Source of the DNA: Gordius albopunctatus
Lineage: Eukaryota
DNA: 64,000 nucleotides
Direction: 5' to 3'
NCBI GenBank assembly: GCA_964276515.1
Contig: OZ193909.1
Coordinates: 12,462,001-12,526,000 of the forward strand
The notes under the pieces were generated by a model. The model saw only the letters and a program-made list of their open reading frames with translations, was not told the origin of the DNA and searched no databases. A program made the position numbers and the translations under genes. This document shows positions 40,685 through 50,685 of the stretch, piece after piece (position 1 is the stretch's first letter; the number at the start of each line of letters is the position of its first letter).

Positions 40685-43600
40685 ATGGATTCGCAGTCAA
40701 TTTTATGCACACTTGATGTCAGATTGGATGCCGATAATTTAAAAGAGACAAAAAACTGTGCCCCCATGCTAATAAATTTATTAAATTATAGACAAAATAA
40801 CTATCAAAATTGCCTCAACAGTTATAATTCACGGATTATTTCACTATGTTATAAGTTAGAAAATTTCAATAGTGTTAGTCAATTTTTGTCTCTTAAATTT
40901 TTTGATATTAAGAATGAATTAATAAATTTACAGAAACTGATAAAAAAACATGTAGATATAGGTGACTTGAAGGTTCCATTAGAACATCTTTGCACACCTA
41001 TGAATATTTATATGTCTACTGTATCATATAAAGAAAAATTAATAATATTGTATAAAGAAATTTTGAGATTGGAAATTATAACAAAGAATTTGCCTTTGAC
41101 TTATATCAGTTCAGAATACTTTAGCCATAATCTTGTTACTGAAGAGATTGGAAATGTATTTTGTATAATTATCATGAAATTCCTTGATAACTTATTATTG
41201 CCACTTTCAAGTATATGCCAAATTTTGCTATTTCTAAAACATGGATTTATGTATTTAAATAAGCTTATCATAAATATTCCTACCATAACTATGTCTGCTG
41301 TAAAAACAATTTTGCTTTATGATTCCCAGAATAACAAATTTGTTTATGAGCAAAAAATCAAATTACTTTATCAACTTGCTTTATCAAAGCCAAAAATTGG
41401 CATGGAAATTATAAATCTTTGTACAAACCAAAGAATAATGCCAGAATTAGTTTTAAAACTATGGGTTAACACTTTATCATCTGAAAGTCATAACATTCAT
41501 TATAAATTAATCAAAGCAAATACCTTTTTGTCATGTATTTTGGATTATCCTCATATTGGAAAGCCTAAAAATTGGCTTTTTTTCTATATAAAAATGCAAT
41601 TGAAGGATGAAGTTTCTCCCCAGGTTATATTTCAATTATTTAGGAACCAAATTATAGATTTGATGAACAAAATAGTTGATGAGAACCTAAACATATTGCA
41701 ATCAAATATATTGATGCCACTAAGTCTTTTATTAAAAATGTATCTAATATTGAAAACAAATCTCACAGATAAATTTTTGGAATCAGAGGTAGAGGCAATC
41801 ATAAACATGTTAACTGTTAAACCAGAAATTGATGTTTTTGGCCTAAATTTCATAACTCATTCTCTCTCTCTCATTATTTATTGCCCAATTCTTACAAATA
41901 ATTTTGACCATGATGAAAAATTGATTGATTGGCTCAAATGGGTTGTAGCGCAAGTCAAAATGTCACATCACAAATTTTCATTTAACGAATCAGTTTTACA
42001 ATTGTTTCTTCATTTAAATAATCAAAGTCATTTCGTCAACGATTTCGTTTCGACCAACCTAGGAATGAACATCTCGCTTAGGCCCCATTCCTACTCTAAA
42101 ATCAAGCAGCTCATTAATGCGGTGTGCACAGACACACTTTACAGGGACTACCTATCAACTTTAAACATCACCAATAAATTGAATGCCAACACTACGGGTT
42201 TCATACCGGTCACCAGTATAATGAACGTTTTGAAAACTAACAAACACGCCAGTCAAGGAACAATTATCAAATCTTGGTTGATTAAGCAAATCTTAAATGC
42301 CGATACACCATTACACAAGTCTTTGATTAAGGTGATTGAAGAGTATGCTCAAAATGTGTTGTCGCTGGGAAGGTCGAACGAGTCTTTTGGTAGTCTCATC
42401 AATGTCGACGGTATGATACCACCCAACTCTTGCCACGAGCACGATCAAACAAATAATTTAATTCCCCAACTTTTATACATCTATTATGTATTGTATTTGG
42501 AGGATTTACTCATCAATACCAAATCACCTCACTATTTCCCCTTGCTTGCCACAGAATTCAATCTATTGGGCGCCCTAAATAAAGTACCCATCAAGGCGGT
42601 ACTGGGTGAGGCGATAAAAAATCATTTTGATTACAGCCCCCTACCGGCCACCTTAGTATTTTATCTCGTGAAAAATCATCCCTACCTCTGTATCGTGGAA
42701 GATTGGATTCACTATAACGCTGAGCCCGCCCAAGAGTGTGCCTTCTTGTACGGGTACGACCGGACCTCGATCAAGCGAATGATTGCGCTTAACGTAGAAA
42801 AAAGTAATATAGAATGGGTAAAGGTGATGGCTCCATCGATGGGTAATTTGACTTGTTTACACGATATTACATGCTTGCTCAAGTTGATACAAAAACGACC
42901 CGAGGACTATCTCGCCTACCCATGGGTAATGAAAGTGTTTAGCAAATACTGGTTTCACGTCAACGCCATGGGTTTAAGCTTCAATTTAATAGCGGACACC
43001 GTGCAATCCCTCGCTCAAGTACCGTCATCTACGACAAATTACAGCGAAATAGTGATGATGCTCGCTTTAGATCCCTTGGTTTGTGTCAAACTAAAGTCAC
43101 ACTCATTTTCGAATCCCGAACTGATGGCCATTACTCTGAGGATGATTGTTTTTAGTCTACTCCTTTCAGCCGTCTATTACACCAAATTTTGCACCAAAAG
43201 CCATAGCTCCAGCCTGATTCCCTATAACAATGGAGCTAGGAGTAATGATCGCGATAGGGAAGAAATGGTGGCAAACATGGTTTTATTGCAGGAGAGTGCC
43301 CTCATTCAGATCCTGTTAGAAATTCTCATTTCGAAAAATGGCGCTGGGAATCAGTTGGAAATAATGTTTGCCCAACGAGAAATCCGATGCCTAATATGTT
43401 CTTACCTGCACCAAAAGTTCATAGACGACCCCAAAATCGGGAGATTAGTCCATTTTCAAGGCTACCCCTTGTCCGTGATCAAAACCATAGCCTCGAGTGT
43501 ACCATCGGCCCACGTTTTTATAGACTTGGTCGGTGACCTCGTATTAAGAGATCCTAAAATGGAAACCAAAATTTTTGGTATACACCTCGCTTCTCACCTC

Positions 43601-44080
43601 TCCACCTATTACACGATGCCCAAATTTGTGGATTCGTGTCGACTTTGCTTGAAAATTATGTCTACAATGCTGTCTCCTTCCAGCACTTCTCTCATCACCT
43701 CCACTCAGCGGCTCCAATTCTTTTGTTGCGTCACATCATCTATGTACACCATATGTCAGGCTTGCCCTACCCTCATCGAAGAATGCGTGAGAATATTGGT
43801 CAGTTTGGGCCAATCTTTTTACTTTCATTCCGAAACGTCGTCCGTGCCAAAAAGGCCTCGTCTCGCCGCTAAACTATGTTTCGGGCACAAAGATAAAGTG
43901 GCCTTTATAAATTATTTTGGGCAACAAATGGATTACATTAATGAATTCATGAAGGATTCGCCGAGGTGGGAAGAATTAAAGGGGGAGAATTTGATCTTTA
44001 ACGATGATGGAAAGCGTGTTTTACGCGAAATAATTGTTCATACCTTCAATCGTATTATTCAAGATTTTTGTATATTGTAG
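40685..44080 (+). CDS. INTS2: Integrator complex subunit 2, single long ORF of 1131 aa
   Basis: C-terminal block REIRCLICSYLHQKFIDDPKIGRLVHFQGYP, plus ITNKLNANTTGFIPV, HPYLCIVEDWI and LLQESALIQILLE, match recalled INTS2 sequence. Size is appropriate. The N-terminal third is divergent. Confidence 0.9.
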   Translation: MDSQSILCTLDVRLDADNLKETKNCAPMLINLLNYRQNNYQNCLNSYNSRIISLCYKLENFNSVSQFLSLKFFDIKNELINLQKLIKKHVDIGDLKVPLEHLCTPMNIYMSTVSYKEKLIILYKEILRLEIITKNLPLTYISSEYFSHNLVTEEIGNVFCIIIMKFLDNLLLPLSSICQILLFLKHGFMYLNKLIINIPTITMSAVKTILLYDSQNNKFVYEQKIKLLYQLALSKPKIGMEIINLCTNQRIMPELVLKLWVNTLSSESHNIHYKLIKANTFLSCILDYPHIGKPKNWLFFYIKMQLKDEVSPQVIFQLFRNQIIDLMNKIVDENLNILQSNILMPLSLLLKMYLILKTNLTDKFLESEVEAIINMLTVKPEIDVFGLNFITHSLSLIIYCPILTNNFDHDEKLIDWLKWVVAQVKMSHHKFSFNESVLQLFLHLNNQSHFVNDFVSTNLGMNISLRPHSYSKIKQLINAVCTDTLYRDYLSTLNITNKLNANTTGFIPVTSIMNVLKTNKHASQGTIIKSWLIKQILNADTPLHKSLIKVIEEYAQNVLSLGRSNESFGSLINVDGMIPPNSCHEHDQTNNLIPQLLYIYYVLYLEDLLINTKSPHYFPLLATEFNLLGALNKVPIKAVLGEAIKNHFDYSPLPATLVFYLVKNHPYLCIVEDWIHYNAEPAQECAFLYGYDRTSIKRMIALNVEKSNIEWVKVMAPSMGNLTCLHDITCLLKLIQKRPEDYLAYPWVMKVFSKYWFHVNAMGLSFNLIADTVQSLAQVPSSTTNYSEIVMMLALDPLVCVKLKSHSFSNPELMAITLRMIVFSLLLSAVYYTKFCTKSHSSSLIPYNNGARSNDRDREEMVANMVLLQESALIQILLEILISKNGAGNQLEIMFAQREIRCLICSYLHQKFIDDPKIGRLVHFQGYPLSVIKTIASSVPSAHVFIDLVGDLVLRDPKMETKIFGIHLASHLSTYYTMPKFVDSCRLCLKIMSTMLSPSSTSLITSTQRLQFFCCVTSSMYTICQACPTLIEECVRILVSLGQSFYFHSETSSVPKRPRLAAKLCFGHKDKVAFINYFGQQMDYINEFMKDSPRWEELKGENLIFNDDGKRVLREIIVHTFNRIIQDFCIL

Positions 44081-44631
44081 CATTAAACTATCGGTGTATA
44101 TATGTAAATAAATATATAAACGTTACTTAAGCTAAAAGTAGTATGCCTATATTCTTGTGGGGTGTCGTGCGTTGCTTAGTACTAGCCAAAATTATTAATA
44201 TAAATATAGGCACGGGAATATTAAGACAAAATTAATGAAGAGTTTATCTTGTTATGAAAGAAATTGTTACTTAGTCATTTTTGGGAATCGTATTTTAGCT
44301 ATATAATAATAAACAATAACCTGTGGTTTAATGTTTGTGATTTAGTAGATTGTTTAACATTCTGGGAAAAAACCTTAATATCTGTGAACTCACCTTTAAT
44401 CCTACTTACCTTAATTTGGAACATGTAAAAGAAATGCTAACGGTCTAAAGGTTTTTCTATATATTCTAGGCCTTTGAATATAATAATTTTTTTTTAAATG
44501 CTCTTGTTAGGTAAAAATGGTCCATAAACTGTAAAATAAACGAGCATAAAATAATATAAATAATTCATAAAATTTGTCAATAGTTAACAAAGGCTATGTG
44601 TCAGATGAAGATTTATATTTATATTCCGCTA

Positions 44632-45240
44632 TTAAATTTTTAAAATAAAGCTAGGTGAGTATTTGGCTTTGGGGGATCTCTTTCCTATCGATTTAAAAAA
44701 CGCCAATGCTTTATTGCCGAAAATGGCGGAACAGGAAACTACTACGAGGATAAATTTTTTTAGAAGGAGCAATTTCTCGGTATTTAGTGTTTTAAAATCT
44801 TCGGCAGATATTAGTGGGTGAAATTTGTTATTAAAAGGCGCAAAGATAATCAAGCAGGTAAAGTACCAAGCTAGACACTTACCATCCTTCCATGGGAAAA
44901 GAAACGCCGTCGGGACCCATCCTACCTTCTAGACAAGAATCGGATGGTCCAAGGATGAAAGAAATGCCGGCATTTTTATAGCTGATTGAATTAAAATGTT
45001 TATCTTTTGATGGCGGATAATACGATATTTATATGAGGCTACGTATCTATTTCCTAGTTGCAATTTGTCCAGGGATATTCTTTTATAAATTTTATGCCTT
45101 CTCAGAGCGATTACATACGAAACTTCAGGATTTGAAAGTAGAAGATCAGAGTATTTACTTGGGATACATTCAAGCCATTCGTGACCAGAGACGGTCGTAA
45201 GTGACCTGAGATCGAAATGCTGCACAGTGTACTGATATTA
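44632..45240 (-). mobile_element. 3' fragment of a CRE-like restriction-like-endonuclease non-LTR retrotransposon
   Basis: Minus-strand remnants RSLTTVSGHEWLECIPS..LLLSN...VIALR, then PDG..(frameshift)FPWKDGKCLAWYFTC, then FGNKALAFFKSIGKR, in the order recalled for the CRE ORF C-terminus. Confidence 0.65.
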
Positions 45241-45665
45241 TTAGAAGGTAGATTCAAAATATTTTCAAGAAGATATTTTATTATAGATTCATATACTTTT
45301 AATAAGGGCTAATATATCTCCCGAGAGGGGCTATGACTAGCACGAGGTGTTTTTAGAAATTTTTAGGATTTTTGTTTTTTTAAACTAAATTTGTGAAAGA
45401 CCATTACTTTTTTCCCTCCAAATTTTTCCCCTATAGTAAAAATACACCTTAAATATACGTTCAAACTAAAAATTAGAAAAATAATTCTTAATTTATTTTA
45501 TGGCTATTTAGTCCCTCTATTATTGAAACGTTTACTAATAGCAAAATATTAGTAAAACTAATATTATAATAGTTTAAACTATAAAGTATGTATGAAAGAA
45601 TCAATGGCTGATTGTTGAACACTTTGATGATACTCTTAATGGTATTGAATTAATAGGAATTGAAT

Positions 45666-48062
45666 ATGAATAAAATATCAAGCTTATATTTACCATCTAC
45701 TGCTTATGATGATGCGGGAAAAGCCAAAGTTAATTTAGAGGGAGTTGTCATAGGGAATGGTGAATGTGCCTACAAAATAGGTAAAGTAATTGGTTCCGGA
45801 ACCTTCGGAGAATTACGTTATTGTTTGTGCCTAAACACAAATCAAATGCTGGCTGTTAAAATTGAACCTAACGAAGCTGAAATCCCTCAACTCAAGCGAG
45901 AATACGAAATTTATAGCAAATTAAGGGACGAAATTTCGGCAAATGAAATTATAGAAGGGATACCTCAGGTGTATTATTTTGGTTCATGCGGTGATCGTCA
46001 TAAGGCTTTGGTTATGGATTTATTAGGTCCAAGTCTTCAAGATTTGTTTCAATATTGCAATAAAAGATTCAGTCTCAAAACTGTCCTCATGATAGCCGTT
46101 CAACTTATATCGCGTCTTGAATATATTCATTATTACGGGCTCGTGTACCGGGATATTAAGCCTGAAAATTTTCTAATTGGTAAAAGATCGAATGGCACGG
46201 AAGGCATTATATGGATTGTTGATTTTGGTCTAGCAAAGGATTATCTCGATAAACAAGGTAAAAAGTAAGTTATTGTATTGTCGTTTAAATTATTCCTTGA
46301 ATCATCTTTAAAAATGTGTTAAAGGTAAGCATATTCGTTTTCGGGAGCAAAAGCCTTTAACAGGCACCGCCCGTTACATGTCAGTGAATACTCATTTTGG
46401 GGTGGAACAAAGCAGACGCGATGACATCGAAGGGTTGGCCTACATGTTTTTATATTTCCTGAAAGGTTCCTTGCCATGGCAGGGCCTTAAATTAATTAAG
46501 ACTGAGTCGTCTAAACAGAAATATCGTAAAATAGCGGAAATGAAAAGAGATATGTCTCCTAACGAACTATGTGATGGCTGGCCGGATGAGTTTAAAATAC
46601 TGTTGAGATATGCTAGAGGGTTAGATTTTATTGAGACTCCCGATTATTCGTACCTACGACAACTTTTTGAACAACTATTATACTTTTATGGGTGGGATAT
46701 GGATAACGTTTATGACTGGACAGGGCGATTACCACCATCACCTGAAGATTCAATATCAGGGGCTTCACTATGTAAACGTCCCCTAATTGGATTTAGAGAT
46801 CAGTTTATGCAGCAGCGTATTGATATTATACCAAAGCCAATTTTTTCCGAAGACGGGTCAAGTCCAGCCAACGAGGGTGCTGCAAAATCTTTTGACATAG
46901 TTTGGCCCCATAGAGATCCCAATTTTTTCTTGCCCCAAAATCCGGACACAAGGCCTTGCATGACCAATGAGGGAATTGAACGAGATAACATGGTGAATGA
47001 GAATAATTATCGTGATTGTTTTAATAAGAAGGAAGCCATTAATGAACTTACATCAACAAAGAGAGTCTTTTGCGATAAACACGATAATGGTGGTCTCACT
47101 GACCCCTTAAAGGTTGAGAGTGAAGGTCAAATTAGGTAGGTTTATGTTATCTCACATATGTTTAATAAATTTAAATAATAACTTAACCGCACCCATGGGC
47201 GTAGCCAGGGGGGGGGCAGGAAAGGGGGCTGCCTCCCTCTAAATCCAAAAATTTGTTGAAGTTTATTAAAATCATGGCCAAAATTTCAAAAAATGATCAT
47301 TTTGCCCCTCCCTAAATCATTTTTGCTCCCCTCTAATCCCAACCATGGCTAGGCCCAAGCCCACACCTACTTATTCATCTTAACGAATATACATCCTTTT
47401 TGGCCCAGCTAGCACAGGTGCTATTAACTAAGCTAATTTATTTATAATTTTACGATACATGATGTCTTTTTCCATTTGAATAATTTAAATTATACTTGGG
47501 CATAGCACTTTTTAGAAATTAAAATTTAATTTCCACCTTAAAACCGACTATGACACTTGACACAAAGTATAAAAACTTTAATTTTAATAATCAAACAACG
47601 TCTAAATATGCCTTGTATTATTTTATTAATTTAGCACTCAAATGACAATTTTGACAATTGTAACTTGTATGAATTCTTATCATTATTTATAACGAATAAA
47701 TATATATTTATTAATAACTTTTTTATAACGATGCTTAAGCGGAATTTATTCGATATACCTTATAAATTTATAGAAAAAAATGATCAATTCAATTTATAAA
47801 TTTATGTAAGTTAAAAATAATTTTTTAACTGAATTGATTTTATAAGCTTACTTGAACCTTACTTTGAATATATGTTTCTGACATAATTAACACGAAAATT
47901 TTAATTGAACGAATTGAAGATTTATTTATTATTTTAACTATAAATTATTAAAATGAATTTAGAAATGAGCGCGTTACGTTTTCTGACGTTCCAGAAGTAC
48001 GAAAAGAACAAAATGAACAAAAAACAGGATTTTTTAGTAAATTATGTAACTGTTGTTCGTAA
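45666..48062 (+). CDS. Casein kinase I, gamma/gilgamesh-like, divergent
   Basis: Exons 45666-46257, 46325-47135 and 47963-48062 (GT-AG, phases compatible). Motifs GSGTFGELR, AVK, YRDIKPENFL, DFGLAK, LTGTARYMS, EQSRRDD, LPWQGL. Last exon ends GFFSKLCNCCS*, followed by AATAAA at ~48106. Confidence 0.9.
47194..47359. mobile_element. ~165-bp hAT-type MITE in CK1 intron 2
   Basis: Ends CATGGGCGTAGCCA / TGGCTAGGCCCAAG; degenerate TSD ACCGCACC/CCCACACC. Confidence 0.82.
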
Positions 48063-49351
48063 CATTACCGCTGTAATAAGTGTTTAATACAAATATATAA
48101 AAGTTAATAAATAAAAAATTGATTTAATTTGTTTGATACAATGCTGGACAATATGTATTTTTTAATAAAGTATTGCTCATATATATATGTAATTGCCAAG
48201 GTCCCTCAAATGGGAAATAATTCAGTTCAATGTTCCTGATTTAAAAAAATGAGTTTACGTTTAGATAAATTTCCCTTTTAAGGTACTTTTTATAAATTTA
48301 TCTACATACAAATAAAATATATTGTTAAATATTTTCAATGAGCTCAAATTAATTGGATTTCTAGGTGCACTTTTGTATTTCCTTTATTAAGAATGTGCTC
48401 TTTGTTTTTATTCCTCATAAATTATGGATATATATAATTAATCTATATAAATATAAAAATGTAACGCGCGTTACTTTGATCGCTAAGATTTTCTAAATTT
48501 CTCAGTTGATTGCACTTGCCAGAACTGCCTGAGCATTTTATCCATCTGCGACAGCCAAAACCATGTTGATTTCACGTTTTAGAGCCATGTAGCGGATGCA
48601 ATGTTTCCTAAATAATTTTGTTAGGTGTTAATCATTTTCTCTAAAGTTATTCCCTTATTTTTTACCCATTTAAACTTTAACTTATCATTATACTAACCCC
48701 GTTTAATTACAATGTCTGTAAAAAGAGAACGAAAATAGAATTTTGAATGTCGTTACTCCCCTTCAAATGGTATAAAAGTTTTATTATTATGCATTAGATC
48801 TTTCATTTATGCTAAAAACACACCCATAATTTAAAATTAACGATAAACGGATTTGAAATTTGAAATTTGAATTAGAATTTTTTACTGGTAATTAGTCTCC
48901 AAAAAATGTAAAAATCATGTACAAGATAATAAAACGGTTTCAAAACATATTCAGATAACTTTAAACGGTTAAACACACAAATTTTCCAAGGGTTGAAGTT
49001 TTCTTGATATTTTTAATGATAGGTTTTAAATCTTTTAGAAAATTTTTACCCTCATATTCAATATTCTGCATAAAGAAGGTTTTAAATCAATTAAAAATAG
49101 TGCAACCCATCTTTTATAGACATCACACAGTAAAGCATATCATAAAAGGCAAGCCTTTAGATTTAATTTCAAGATGGGGTGCAAGGCCCCTAATTTAATT
49201 GTCTCAAATGCCTAGATCGATATAAAATCCATAAAAAAGAAAGGATCTATTCCGCAAAGGAATATTTCTAACTTCACGGCAGTATACGTTGGCACGATAA
49301 GCATAAGGAGGCTTTTTAATAATTAAACCTATTACATATAGTAGAATCGCA

Positions 49352-49502
49352 ACACTACCTACGACGGTCCCAAGTCCGTGTGCAAAAAGTGGAGGCTTGG
49401 CGTCAGGTCGAAAACCGACTCCAAAAATTAACTGCAAAATTATGAGAAATTTATCAAAACAAACCCCACGAATGTGGGACCAAATAACTGATAAAGAAGA
49501 AG
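49352..49502 (+). mobile_element. 151-bp bipartite RTE derivative (5' UTR fused to 3' tail), SINE-like
   Basis: First ~93 nt match RTE 22983-23077; last ~50 nt match RTE 25967-26019 including the GAA tail; perfect 18-bp TSD ACATATAGTAGAATCGCA. Confidence 0.92.
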
Positions 49503-49919
49503 ACATATAGTAGAATCGCAAAGTATCATTTCGGGGCAGAAATTTATGCTTCTCAATTCCCATTATTTGGATTGGATGTCGCTTACCATAATGCCTCCCA
49601 TATCTATTGTTATAACAAAAAAATTATTTAACTATGCAGTTTAAAAAAAGGGATCGTCCAAAATTATTGTTAAAAATACAGCCGACTTCCTGAATGAATT
49701 CGAAATCTTAGATTTTCCAAAGTCAGAGATGCGATACACGGTCATTAACAAAAATAATGCACTCAACGGCGCTGTTTGCAGCTAAGCAACCATAATTTTT
49801 TACCCATATTGCAATGTCAGACCTGACATTCATTGTTAATCATCGTTTAAATATAATTAACTTATTTTTTTTCACTTTTCTTAGGCTTTTAATAAAATTC
49901 AAAAATTAGCTTATTCTTA

Positions 49920-50077
49920 TGTTTCCCAGGGTAACCTGTAGGTGACACCCCTTTATTTCCGGGACTAGACAATTTTTCCATAATTTTTAAATTGTTTAGT
50001 CATCTAGAGCATATTGTGATGCTCTAAAATTTTTTATAAAAAGTGGTTCGGCCCAACCATTAGTGGTATTTGTCGGT
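49920..50077. mobile_element. piggyBac-like terminal remnant
   Basis: Colinear with 34797-34937 and ends at GGT|TTAA. Confidence 0.45.
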
Positions 50078-50685
50078 TTAATGAATCTTAATTATAGCAA
50101 ATTTATTTATGCATTTTTTAAATTTACATTTAGGATATTAAATATTCTTATTTTTATTCTTCTTTATCAGGTGTTTTGTCCCACATTCGTGGGGTTTGTT
50201 TTGATCCTTTGATCTTGACCGGGTGGTCTTGACTAATCTCTTTAGTTTTCATAGCTTTATCGGCTTACCCTTTCCACGTGACACGGGGGCGTCCAATTCC
50301 TCTCTTCCTTGGTAACTATATGTCCAGTTATTTTCTACCTTAGCCGATTTTTGTTAATCATGTCCGCCATAGGTTGAATACCCATTTTGTCATAAGAAAG
50401 ACATTCGTCAATGGTCGAGCTTAGTATGACACGAGCTCCACCGTATCATTCTCACCTCTGTGGCTTATAATAGCTTTCCATTCCTGGTGTTTAATGCCCA
50501 TGTTTCACTTCCATAGAGTAACACCGGTCTTAGGATGGATTTGTAAGTTTTGCTCTTCAACCATATTAGTATTTTCTTGTCGCACATTACACGGGATATA
50601 CTTCGCCATTTATGACACCCCTTTTAAATCCGGGCATTGACTTCTGTTGCGCATCCTCCCTCTTGTTGTAGCATCGAGTCAAGAA

